Positions 12,801 through 23,161 of a stretch of DNA of 64,000 bases are shown here, piece after piece. The stretch spans positions 6,481,190-6,545,189 of the forward strand of contig OZ037771.1 of the NCBI GenBank assembly GCA_964035545.1, read 5' to 3'. The notes under the pieces were generated by a model. It was not told the DNA's origin and did not search any database. It was given only the letters and a program-made list of their open reading frames with translations. The first letter of the stretch is position 1, and each line of letters opens with the position of its first letter. This stretch comes from Bugula neritina. Lineage: Eukaryota; Animalia; Bryozoa. Both the position numbers and the translations under genes were made by a program.

Positions 12801-13533
12801 CTAAAGACTATATGAAGTAACTGAAGGTTATATACGTGTAGCTGAACTATAAAATACAAGTATTGATGTCAAATTTGCATGTCATTTTACAATCTGCTAA
12901 GTATGTTCAGTACTAATTTGACTCTTGTTATTTATTTTCATATACTTTGCTAGCTTCAACATCTTATGGTGAGGTGTTTACATATACGTCATCTCTGATC
13001 ATAAGCTTTTTTTCATTGTGAATATTTATTATTTTTATTTATAAATTATATAAATAGACAGATATTTATTTTTCTTCAACTTTTGTAATTATTCGTCAAT
13101 ACTAGACTTATTGGTAGAGCAAGTGTTGTCTCCATAACATTATCTCTTCAAAAGACTTATCTTGGCGTTGCCTTCCATGATTATAACAATCCAATTTTAG
13201 TGGACGGGATGTAGCAGATCAGCTAGTATTTTTAGAGGACAGTTTAAAGTCTTAACTGCCTGTTGAACTTTATTAGTGCGTTTATTTTACTGGTTTTGTA
13301 TAAATTGTGCTAATTTAAAAACTTGTTTTTACAGACTAATGACTTGATTCTAAATAAAACTGTGAAAGTACTGCTTTTAAAGGGTTTTTTACTGGACCAC
13401 AACTAATGAGTAGTACCTGTTGCAGTTTATTTTGCAGCATCTACAAACTTGGAGAAAATGTAAATTTTAGCCAATTGTTGCATTTCCTTTCAGCCACTTG
13501 ACCCGTATGGCCTTTACTAATACAGAGGAGTTA

Positions 13534-13873
13534 GCCTAGGGCCACACTGTGCGTATTTTCGCATACGAAAATTGAAATCACAAGTAGCAAAGGTGTCCAC
13601 TGTAGCGTCAGTAATGCGTGATAAAGCTTTCATTTTTAAATCGCACTCGCTTTCAATAAAACGCAATTTACTGGAATGTAGCATTAAAATTAAGAAATTG
13701 GGCTCGCTGAATAACTATCAGCCAATTAGGTGACCACAACAGAGACGATTCGCACTTGCGTTGAAAATGCTGACCGACAAGTGCGAATGTTTTCTCAACG
13801 CGCACAGTGGACACCTTTGGTACTTGTGATTTCAATTTTCGCATGCGAAAATACGCACAGTGTGGCCCTAGGC
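13534..13873. mobile_element. MITE, PIF/Harbinger (Tourist)-like
   Basis: ~80-bp TIRs GCCTAGGGCCACACTGTGCGTATTTTCGCA...; TTA on both flanks (13531-33, 13874-76). Confidence 0.85.
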
Positions 13874-14705
13874 TTATACTTTTGATTAAGTGAGAATAAT
13901 AAAGCATGACTTGTAATTTCTATGAACAATACTTGAAAGCAAGCAAGAGAAAAATATACAAATGCAATATACTATATCCAAGAGGCAGTATTTTTAGGAG
14001 TTTAGATTAGCCATGGCAATTATCCACAGACTAACTTATTGGATACAAATGAGAAACCGTTAATAAAACCTTGCAAAAGATATGTAATATTATTGGTGTA
14101 AAACATTTAGAATATATGAAAATTGAGTAGGCTATATATCTTAAATATATATCTTAAATCTTGGTTAAAAAGAATATAATTTTCAGTGGCAGCTTTAGTG
14201 ATGATGAGATGTAGTTTTGAAGTTTCCTACTGCAACATACAAACACTGCAAACTTTTTCCAAACTTTCGTTTCATGGTTGCTATTGTAGTGGCTGTGGGA
14301 AGCATACTCCCAACCTCCCCTGCAGCGGCAGACGTGATGTCATATTATATTGTAAATTGTAAAAGTTCCACGAGAGAGATAACTCCGTTAGCGATGCCGC
14401 AATCTCATGCGCCACCGCATCACTCCTTACAGTTGCACCGCCGGAACCCACACCGGCCAATCAGAGCCAACCCTTCAGATATAAACAGCGCCTTCAGGCG
14501 CCCAGCCTCAGTCGGAGAACAACTGTCATGTAGACTAGGATAATATTGTGTAGCTGTTTTATATGTGTATTCTTTTCTAATTGTTGATAACTCTACTTGT
14601 ATTTAATTAGACTTAAAATATAGATCTTTCATAAGTACTAACTGCTTCGGTTTCTCTCTCAAACCTCGTAGTAGGTCATGCAGCAGTAATCCGTGTATGC
14701 AATAA

Positions 14706-15010
14706 TGTGGTGGTTCGTGGAACTACCAGCAGCACAACATGTAGGGTCGCGCAATTGACCCGGAACAATGGACAACCAATTAGCGTAGTTGATAGTTAGC
14801 AGCAATTGTAGTTTCCCGCTGCTAACTCAGTCGAAGCTAGAGTGTGAAATAGATTAGATGTGTAACTTGTTTGAATATAATGTATCGTTTTTATAATGTA
14901 TAATTGTGTGTAAAATATACTCGTTCACTCGACTTATCCTGGTGCAGTTCTATAGCAAATAAATAGACTCTCTGGATAGCACATCAACCCTAAATCTGAA
15001 AAACATAACA
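14706..15010 (+). repeat. 5' LTR of Gypsy copy 2
   Basis: TGTGGTGG...CATAACA direct repeat of 21905-22209. Confidence 0.97.
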
Positions 15011-15011
15011 G

Positions 15012-15029
15012 TGGTGGCAGCGGTGGGAT
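15012..15029 (+). promoter_or_regulatory. Primer binding site, tRNA-Leu
   Basis: TGGTGGCAGCGGTGGGAT, complement of the tRNA-Leu(AAG/TAG) 3' end ATCCCACCGCTGCCACCA. Confidence 0.88.
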
Positions 15030-15041
15030 AGTGCATCCAAG

Positions 15042-15995
15042 ATGGAGACTGAAAATGCTGGAACTCAACCACCGGCAATCGAAGGTGAGCGTAGAGACAA
15101 TGCTGTAGAGACAATGCCTGTTAACCATGTAGTAGAAGAGCGAAGGGTTCCGCGAGAACTAGCTGAGGACCGCTACAGGTTAAAGGCGCCCACCTTCACG
15201 GGTGAAGAGGAGGTGGAACAATTTATCCAAGAGTTTAGCGACGTAATGGACGTCGCTCAGTGGCCCCCTAGGGTGGCCTTGCTGAAGCTTAGAATGGCAT
15301 TGATGGACAAAGCCAAGCCCTATGGGCTGGGCGTAGACATTGATAATATCTTTGCTTCTCTGCGGGCCCGCTTTGGCCTCTCTGCTACAGATGCCAGGGC
15401 CCGATTGCAGAGGTTGCGGCGTGATCCCCGCACCCCGCTGCGGGAGCATGCCGCCGCGGTCATGAAGCTGGCACAGATCACGTACAGCGACTTGCCCCCA
15501 GTCAACCGCGAGAGGTACACCCTCGACGCTTTCATAGCATCTGTCGACGATCTGGGTCTCCACCACCAGTTTCTAGCTAGGGGAGTCACCACCGTTGAAG
15601 ATGCTCTGACTGAGGGGGAAGCTTACCTCCTAGCTAATCAAATGCATAAAAGTCGCGGAAGCTCCCGCCAAGTGGAGATAGACCGCGCAGACACGGCCGC
15701 GGGACAAGGGGAGGAAACCCCCGCCGCGGCTGCCGTGTCCCAGTTGGCGACGGCATCAAAAGTCACTCAACTGACGGACATGCTAGCCAAGCTGATAGCA
15801 ACACTGACACCACAAAACCCAGTGAGTACCGCCCCTGAGCCCATGCGGCCATCGGCGCCGCCACAGGGGGAAACAGTCAGTTTTTGCTGGGAGTGCGGAA
15901 ATCAAGGACATTTCCGCCGATATTGTCCCTTCCTAAATCAGGGGTTAAACTACCGCGGCCCGCAGATGTTTCCACCTTCCGCGGGCCGACGATGA
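15042..15995 (+). CDS. gag: Gag (317 aa) with CCHC knuckle
   Basis: CWECGNQGHFRRYC; ATG 12 nt after the PBS. Confidence 0.93.
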   Translation: METENAGTQPPAIEGERRDNAVETMPVNHVVEERRVPRELAEDRYRLKAPTFTGEEEVEQFIQEFSDVMDVAQWPPRVALLKLRMALMDKAKPYGLGVDIDNIFASLRARFGLSATDARARLQRLRRDPRTPLREHAAAVMKLAQITYSDLPPVNRERYTLDAFIASVDDLGLHHQFLARGVTTVEDALTEGEAYLLANQMHKSRGSSRQVEIDRADTAAGQGEETPAAAAVSQLATASKVTQLTDMLAKLIATLTPQNPVSTAPEPMRPSAPPQGETVSFCWECGNQGHFRRYCPFLNQGLNYRGPQMFPPSAGRR

Positions 15996-18900
15996 AACCT
16001 CCAGGGAAGAAGAAACGCAGGTCACCCAGACGGGTACCGCGTACTGGCAACCAACAGTGGCAACAGCCACGACGGACCAGCAAGGGGCTTCGCCCCGCAG
16101 CTGCCTTTTCTATGCCCCTTCACAACAGATTCACAGGGCTACAAGTCCAAGAATCTGGATGGGAGCCCACAAAGGTAGCTGAGAATCTAGCCTCGGCACC
16201 CCCGAGGCCTACCTACCACCGCCCTCAGAGACCTCCTTCGCGACCCAAAGCGAGGGAGGTACTCCCTGCAAGAGTAAGGCCTGAAGGGAGAGTTCAGGTG
16301 CAGTCCCATGGGAACAGCTATTTCTTGCCCGGTAAACTGGAAGGCAAAGCTGTTACTTTCCTCATTGATTCGGGCTGTACCACAAACCTCTTAAGCCGCC
16401 AACTCTTCGACACCCTCAGTACTAGGGTCAGGGGCGAGATGGAAGCATACGAAGGGGAATACGGCACCCTCGCCGACGGGTCGTGCCTTCCCTTCTATGG
16501 TATAATTGAGCTGACGGGACGAGTCCGTGATCAAACGATCCAAGAGACGTTCATCGTCAGTCAGCTCAAGGAGGATGCTATCCTCGGGATGCCGTTCCTT
16601 AAACGGCACGGATGTCACATAGATTTTAGCAGATCTGCAATGATGATGTCCGGGCGGGAACTCGCCTGCGTCGACAAGTTCGGCCGCCCTTTAGTGGGAG
16701 GTGTACAAGTGGTACGCAACCGTATCATACCAGGCCGCTCCCGGGCTACCATTCACTGCAGGGTGAATAGTAGCCGGATCTCTGGACTCGGGGTGGTTGA
16801 AGGCGCGCACGAAAAGATCCAACTTGCCAGCAGTCTGAATCAGCTGACTGAGCAAGGGGAGATCTTAGTGCAGTGTGTCAACCCCTTTACCGAGCCTATC
16901 AAGCTCCCGGCTGGGTCGATGCTGGGCCGTTTTCACTCTGTTCAGGAGGGAGACGTAGGCCCGTCGCTGGGTGATGCGACGGAGGCACCCCCTCAGTGCC
17001 CTATTCAGGGACGGGGGGCAGTCCCAACACATCTCCGGGAGTTATACGAAACAGCCAGTGGCGGCTGCGCGAGTAACAGAGAACGCCAAGCTATGGCTAA
17101 GTTACTACGCGACTACGGTGATGTGTTCAGCAGCGGAGAGCATGACGTGGGACTGACTGGAATTGTCAGACACGAAATACCGCTGACTGCAGGGACAGTC
17201 CCTCTCCGGCAGCCCACACGCAGGCTGGGGCCGGAGAAAGAGAAGGAGGTTAGCCGACAAGTACGGGATCTTCTGGACCGGGGACTGATAGAGCCCGCCC
17301 ATAGTGCGTGGAGCTCGCCAGTCGTACTGGTCCGGAAGAAAGACGGCAGTTGGCGGTTCTGTGTGGACTACCGCAAACTCAATAGCGTAACCATACAGGA
17401 CACCTACCCTCTACCTCGTATTGACGAGTCATTGGACGCCCTAGCCGGCAGCAAGTACTTCAGTACGTTAGACTTGCTAAGCGGCTATTGGCAGGTTCCT
17501 CTGAGTCCCGACGCCCAAGAGAAAGCGGCGTTTATCACACGGGACGGTTTGTGGAAGTGGAAGGTGCTGCCCTTCGGGTTAACCTCCACCCCAGCCACCT
17601 TCCAGAGGCTGATGGAACAAGTCCTTAGCGGACTCCATTGGAAGACACTGCTGGTCTACCTCGATGATGTCATCGTAATCTCTCCAGACTTCGAGACACA
17701 TGTCAGTCGTCTGCAGGAGGTTTTCGAGAGACTCCGAGGTGCCGGTCTTAAGCTCAAACCTTCCAAGTGCGCTCTATTGCAGCCGGAGGTCAAGTATCTG
17801 GGGCACGTTGTCGGTCGAAACGGCGTGGCAACGGATCCCGAAAAGGTACGGGCAGTAGAAGACTGGGTCACCCCCCAAGACTTGACCGGACTCCGGGCTT
17901 TCTTGGGGCTGGTAGGGTATTACAGGCAATACGTACCAGACTATGCGGGCATAGCCCAGCCGTTAAACCGGCTCACCGCAAAGGGAGTGACATGGCAGTG
18001 GACTCCAGTCGAGCAAGAAGCGTTCGACCGCCTCAAGGGCTGCCTACTAACGGCGCCCATCTTGGCCTACCCAGACCCCACTCTGGAGTACATCCTAGAC
18101 ACGGACGCCAGTGACCAAAATGTTGGCGCTGTGCTGTCACAAGTGCAGGAAGGCCGAGAGGTAGTAGTAGCCTACTACAGCAAGTCTCTCTCACCCGCTG
18201 AACGAAATTACTGCACTACCCGCAAGGAGCTGCTGGCAGTAATCAAGTCAGTGAAGCACTTCAGACCATACCTATATGGCAGGAAGTTCCGGCTGCGTAC
18301 GGATCATGCCTCGCTGATCTGGTTGTGCAGGAGAGCAGAGCCCTCTAGTCAGGTCGCCCGGTGGCTCGAAATCCTAGCTGAATTCTCATACCGGATCGAA
18401 CATCGACCGGGCAAGAGACACAGCAATGCGGATGGGTTGAGTCGCCGACCTGACGGAGGTTGCAAACAGTGTCTCAACATCGAGAGGAGGGATGGAGGTC
18501 CCCCGCGATGCGAGTTGGAGACGCTGGCTCATCACGGAGCACCGTTTGACTGGGACCAGGATCAACTCAGGCAAAGAGTTGATGAGTCGGAGGATGTACA
18601 AAACCTCCGCGCCAACCCTGTACTGGCCGGTAATGTTCGAGAGCTGAAGAAGCTCCAAGAAGAGCTGCCTGGAGTCGTGGCAGACATATACCGGGCCAAA
18701 AGGGAAGGGCGACGACCCAGCGAGGAACGCATACGACAGGGATGCGCCGAGTTCCGGCTATACTGTCAGCGTTGGGACTCGCTGCGGATCGGGCAGGATG
18801 GGTTACTAACCATCTCTCTAGCTGCCAGCGGCAGACACCCGGAAAGGAAGAGGGTAATCTGCCCCACAGCCATCCGCCGTGAGTTGATTTGGGATACTCA

Positions 18901-20512
18901 CAAGCAGGCCCACGCAGGGGTCAAGCGAGTGATGTCCAAATTACGACTTCGGTGGTATTGGCCACAAATGGAGCGTGATGTCCGGCTCAGAGTCAAACAG
19001 TGTGAGATCTGCCAGGCCAGTAAGCATAGCCGCCCCCCTGGTGAAGCAGGACGGCGGAGGCTATACGCTGGTAGGCCCTGGCAAGTAGTCGCTGTAGACC
19101 TGGTCGGACCCATGCCCCTGACCCCCAGAGGCAATAATTGGATCCTAGTACTAACCGACCACTTTACTAGGTGGGCGGATGCTCTGGCTATCCCAGATGC
19201 ATCAGCCCCAACAGTGGCCAGGGCACTAGACCAACATGTATTCTGTTATTTTGGGCTCCCCGAACAGATACACTCTGATCAAGGCGCTCAATTCCAGTCT
19301 CAACTGATGAGCGACCTTTGCCGCCTCTGGGGAGTAAATCAGAGCAGGACCACCCCCTACCACCCTCAAGGTAACGGGGTGGTGGAGCGCAACAACCGGA
19401 TGCTAGGTGATGCACTCCGGAGTCTCCTCCTTGGACGAGGTCAAGAGGAATGGGATACGGTGTTGCCGCAAGTCATGCGTGCATACCGTAGCACCCCACA
19501 CACCAGTACTGGTGAGACCCCAAACCTCTTGATGCTCGGGAGAGAGACTCGTGTCCCTGACCATCTCACCTATCACGTTCCAGAGCAAGATAACTCAGTC
19601 CACGAGTATGCCAGTGAACTAGTGGAACGGATGAAGGCCGCACACGATATACTGCGCCAACAGCAGTGGAAGGTGCGGCACGAAGATTCCGATGAACCAC
19701 CTCTCTATCAAACGGGAGATAAGGTGTGGATGGTCAATTACCGTAGGCGCCGCGGACAGGCTGATAAGCTGAAGCCTAAGTTCGTAGGCCCCTACGTGGT
19801 CGTCGAGGCTATGCCCAATCATACGTACAAGATTGAGCGCTCAGGACAGGTGTCTATCCAGAATGAGTCTCGCTTGAAACCGTATTGGGCTAGCCCCGGC
19901 GGAGTGGGAGAAGCCCCCCCGTTGTTAGAGCCCAGGAGGCAAACAACAACGCGCGGGCGACGGCGGCATGGACCTGAATACGAAGTGGTCATACCGCGGG
20001 AAGAAAACTTGGTGAGAGAGGAGCGGCAGCTTTTGTCAACAGAAGCGTGTCCGCCACCACCAAGTCTAATTCCATCACTTCCAGAAACCGAGCCGGTTCC
20101 GGAAGTGCAAACCCCCACGGAGGGAGGGGCTCCATCCGGAGAACAAGAAGAGGTGACTGCTAACGGTGAAGTAGAGACGCCATTAGAGGCCCCTACTAAC
20201 GAACCGGCAAGCGTGTCACCCCCCCTAGAAAGGGGACAGCGTACGAGGCAACCCCCCGCATACTTGAAGGACTTCGTATGTGACTGCGTTAAAAGCGGCA
20301 CACATGAAAGTCTAGGGGAAAACCGTACGAGAAAAGAATCGAGCAAATGTGGGAGTTGTCAACACCACGGAAATATCAACTTTTGTATCGGCGGAAATAG
20401 AAACAAAATTTATCCGCCGGGTGCACAAAGTCTTAATCACGCACCCCAACCACGTTGCTCGATCTTTTCATACGCCGATGCAGTCAGGAGTAGACGTGTT
20501 TCTAAGCAGTAG
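15884..20512 (+). CDS. pol: Pol polyprotein (PR-RT-RNaseH-IN), likely entered by frameshift near 15950
   Basis: LIDSGC; YLDD; DTDASD...ADGLSR; HKQAH...CEIC; VDLVGP/HSDQG/VVER; GPY. Confidence 0.96.
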   Translation: MLGVRKSRTFPPILSLPKSGVKLPRPADVSTFRGPTMKPPGKKKRRSPRRVPRTGNQQWQQPRRTSKGLRPAAAFSMPLHNRFTGLQVQESGWEPTKVAENLASAPPRPTYHRPQRPPSRPKAREVLPARVRPEGRVQVQSHGNSYFLPGKLEGKAVTFLIDSGCTTNLLSRQLFDTLSTRVRGEMEAYEGEYGTLADGSCLPFYGIIELTGRVRDQTIQETFIVSQLKEDAILGMPFLKRHGCHIDFSRSAMMMSGRELACVDKFGRPLVGGVQVVRNRIIPGRSRATIHCRVNSSRISGLGVVEGAHEKIQLASSLNQLTEQGEILVQCVNPFTEPIKLPAGSMLGRFHSVQEGDVGPSLGDATEAPPQCPIQGRGAVPTHLRELYETASGGCASNRERQAMAKLLRDYGDVFSSGEHDVGLTGIVRHEIPLTAGTVPLRQPTRRLGPEKEKEVSRQVRDLLDRGLIEPAHSAWSSPVVLVRKKDGSWRFCVDYRKLNSVTIQDTYPLPRIDESLDALAGSKYFSTLDLLSGYWQVPLSPDAQEKAAFITRDGLWKWKVLPFGLTSTPATFQRLMEQVLSGLHWKTLLVYLDDVIVISPDFETHVSRLQEVFERLRGAGLKLKPSKCALLQPEVKYLGHVVGRNGVATDPEKVRAVEDWVTPQDLTGLRAFLGLVGYYRQYVPDYAGIAQPLNRLTAKGVTWQWTPVEQEAFDRLKGCLLTAPILAYPDPTLEYILDTDASDQNVGAVLSQVQEGREVVVAYYSKSLSPAERNYCTTRKELLAVIKSVKHFRPYLYGRKFRLRTDHASLIWLCRRAEPSSQVARWLEILAEFSYRIEHRPGKRHSNADGLSRRPDGGCKQCLNIERRDGGPPRCELETLAHHGAPFDWDQDQLRQRVDESEDVQNLRANPVLAGNVRELKKLQEELPGVVADIYRAKREGRRPSEERIRQGCAEFRLYCQRWDSLRIGQDGLLTISLAASGRHPERKRVICPTAIRRELIWDTHKQAHAGVKRVMSKLRLRWYWPQMERDVRLRVKQCEICQASKHSRPPGEAGRRRLYAGRPWQVVAVDLVGPMPLTPRGNNWILVLTDHFTRWADALAIPDASAPTVARALDQHVFCYFGLPEQIHSDQGAQFQSQLMSDLCRLWGVNQSRTTPYHPQGNGVVERNNRMLGDALRSLLLGRGQEEWDTVLPQVMRAYRSTPHTSTGETPNLLMLGRETRVPDHLTYHVPEQDNSVHEYASELVERMKAAHDILRQQQWKVRHEDSDEPPLYQTGDKVWMVNYRRRRGQADKLKPKFVGPYVVVEAMPNHTYKIERSGQVSIQNESRLKPYWASPGGVGEAPPLLEPRRQTTTRGRRRHGPEYEVVIPREENLVREERQLLSTEACPPPPSLIPSLPETEPVPEVQTPTEGGAPSGEQEEVTANGEVETPLEAPTNEPASVSPPLERGQRTRQPPAYLKDFVCDCVKSGTHESLGENRTRKESSKCGSCQHHGNINFCIGGNRNKIYPPGAQSLNHAPQPRCSIFSYADAVRSRRVSKQ
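15944..15998 (+). promoter_or_regulatory. -1 programmed ribosomal frameshift signal (G_UUA_AAC plus GC-rich stem-loop)
   Basis: Heptamer in gag frame, 5-nt spacer, stem 15956-65/15979-88; pol is in the -1 frame; conserved in copy 1 (1299-1343). Confidence 0.8.
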
Positions 20513-20536
20513 TTCAAACCATTTCACACATTCAGT

Positions 20537-21614
20537 ATGTCTTACGACAACAGATCGTGGGGTGAGTTAACTATATCTTAATACGAAACTAGATTGCATC
20601 GCTCAGCTCTGACTCACTGAGTCAATCGAGCTGGAGATAGGTTAGTGAAATACCGTAGTAAGAACTCAGTTTGACTTAGAGATTTTTATAATCTCATTGC
20701 AATACGTGTTCTATCTGACTATTCACTACCATTAATCTCTACGAGGTAACTGAATTAGGAGTTGCCAAGCTGTTCAAGCTGACAACACAGCAGTGTACTG
20801 TATTAACACTGTTGAAACTTTTTCAGATTACACTCGACCCGCTACAACCAGGGTACGGGATAGAACACTTCCCGCTCCGTATCCGGAGGAGTATGCTAGT
20901 GGTGACCGGCCTGAGCCACTACGCCGCCGTTGGCGGTGGGTGTCTCCACAAACAGAGGAAGAAATAGAAACGGCCTGGGGGTCCAGAGGACGGACGAGAT
21001 GCCAGATCTGTGGTGAAGATTGCGCCTCTCACCGCTCCCTTAAACTACACGTCAATGCTCATCTCCTACTAACATTCTGCCCCTGCGGGTACAATGATGT
21101 GTATCCCTACCCCGTCACCAGACACCGAGCGGCGGGCTGTTTCCCTGGAGAAAACTACGTGGTCGACGCTAAGCTATACCCGGAGTTCCTCACACTTATA
21201 CGACCTCTGGTGAAGAAGGCCATGCTATTAGCCGTTCTGTCCTCGGGGTTCCAACGTGTGTTAGACAACGCCCGCCAACAATCCCCGTTGGTGTCTGACC
21301 GCCCTCAAATTACATACACCCCCGAAGAAACTACATATCCAGAAGAAGGAGAGATCTCCCCTACCCCGACGAAGAGACGAACCAGGTCCCCCAGTCCACC
21401 CTTGCGCCGCAGACGGACATCGTCCCCAGACCCAGTACGCCTAGCCACAGTAGAAGAACGCCTCCTACGATTACAAGAAGAGTTCACCCAGCTGGCACCA
21501 GATCTACTTAACACTACAACAGGACTCTTCCAGCTAAAAGGATCCGTATGCCGTATGAAACGGAAACTGCGTACATGCCAAGCCAAGCACCGGCGTGCCC
21601 AACAAGGACTCTAG
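20537..21614 (+). CDS. Spliced ORF3 of Gypsy copy 2: C2H2 + C2HC zinc fingers, Arg/Ser/Pro-rich basic tract, C-terminal coiled coil (exons 20537-20561 or 15042-15084 joined to 20827-21614)
   Basis: 262 open codons after acceptor TTTTTCAG|AT at 20826; both candidate donors are phase 1 and restore GAT(D) in frame; CQIC-x12-H-x3-H and CPC-x12-H-x4-C. Confidence 0.75.
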
Positions 21615-21904
21615 TTAGACTACCCGGGGTACTCCAACTCCGCCTCTTGGGAGAAGCCAAGATGTCATGTAAATGTTTGACTGCTTAACAGGTTATCCCC
21701 TGTCTAACACCACAGCTAGCTAGTATTCCTCGTCTATCTACAGCTGGCCAATTGTATGCAACGGATCGTTATAATGATTCCGTCTATTATTATGTCTCTT
21801 CCTGTATATTATGTATTGTTTTGTCCACTGATGTATGCGGTTACCAATGAATGTTTTTTATATATATATATATCAGAAAGATGGCTTTCTGCTGGTGGGG
21901 GCGG

Positions 21905-22209
21905 TGTGGTGGTTCGTGGAACTACCAGCAGCACAACATGTAGGGTCGCGCAATTGACCCGGAACAATGGATAACCAATTAGCGTAGTTGATAGTTAGCA
22001 GCAATTGTAGTTTCCCGCTGCTAACTCAGTCGAAGCTAGAGTGTGAAATAGATTAGATGTGTAACTTGTTTGAATATAATGTATCGTTTTTATAATGTAT
22101 AATTGTGTGTAAAATATACTCGTTCACTCGACTTATCCTGGTGCAGTTCTATAGCAAATAAATAGACTCTCTGGATAGCACATCAACCCTAAATCTGAAA
22201 AACATAACA
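21905..22209 (+). repeat. 3' LTR of Gypsy copy 2
   Basis: Direct repeat; preceded by the G-rich PPT-like GGTGGGGGCGG. Confidence 0.97.
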
Positions 22210-23161
22210 ATAATACACTACTCTCGTAGTGCACAAAACTACAACACTATTGAGCACAAATTTCAATATCAATATGAGCAAAAGAAAATACATATAGCAA
22301 CTTTAGTTTGATGGAAAACACTCTGCAGTGATTTTATGAGAACTTGTAGTACAGCAACAGTAAGGAAATCTTTCAACAAAGAATGGAACTTTCCAACAGC
22401 ATGTGAATCAGGCTTTTCAAAATTTTTATTCTTAATTCTGTTGTTTTGCTCTTCATTTTTGTAGATGCAAAATTTTTGTACCTTTTGTATTGCTTGCTAG
22501 AACACTTTATCTGTTAAAACTTAGGCTGTATAGTATAGAGTGCGCATACGAGAGAGAATAATGGCTAGATACTTTATTATAAGCATATGAGATGCAATAA
22601 TAAGCCAATTTTTGACCATTTGGCACTCCATAGTATAGAAAATAAGAGGTAATGATGAGGACCAAGTGGGTAGAATTTTATTCATGTTATTAGTACTCAT
22701 AGATCAAAGCCAACATAATTTATGGTAAAGAGGAAAATTGCAAAGAGCTGGAAGTCACCGGTTTGTATGATGACATATATTTTGTAGTAAAATCAAATGA
22801 AATAAATTCATTTACATTATTACTGACTATAAAGCCACTCTGCTCATGTGCTAGATTATATCTGAGTAGGTTAGTGCCGAGGTTTGTTTGACCTAATAAA
22901 GAAATTGGTCTGTAACAATGGCCTAAAACATTAGATTTATGTTAAAACAAACAAGACAAGGCATGGATACTAACAACGATTTTGAAGCCACTATTGATTC
23001 CATTCAACCTGGTAAATGATTAACGGAATAATGCATGCACAGTGCTCTATTTTATGTAGGAACCTGCATCTATATATAGCATTAGTACATAACAAGTCAC
23101 CTTGCTGCCTTAGAATAGCCAACTCTAGCAGCCAGCTGAGCGTGCAGCTAGAAGTGAAGAC

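Larger units (their letters stand above)
14706..22209 (+). mobile_element. Intact Ty3/Gypsy LTR retrotransposon, copy 2 (7504 bp): LTR-PBS-gag-pol-ORF3-PPT-LTR
   Basis: 305-bp LTRs with 1 mismatch seen (14773 C vs 21972 T), 4-bp TSD ATAA, PR-RT-RH-IN order. Confidence 0.97.
14285..22246 (+). mobile_element. Probable solo LTR (~454 bp: 14285-14705 plus 22214-22246) interrupted by Gypsy copy 2
   Basis: TGTAG...CAACA termini flanked by CTAT/CTAT; contains CCAAT (14457), TATAAA (14480) and TCAGT Inr with A at 14510. Confidence 0.6.

Noticed and set aside
15180-20346. Antisense and overlapping ORFs inside the Gypsy element
   Set aside because: Expected shadows of GC-rich coding sequence; no recognisable motifs.
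20793-21614. ORF3 as an env gene, or starting at GTG 20793
   Set aside because: No signal peptide or C-terminal TM; the GTG start lies upstream of a clear splice acceptor.
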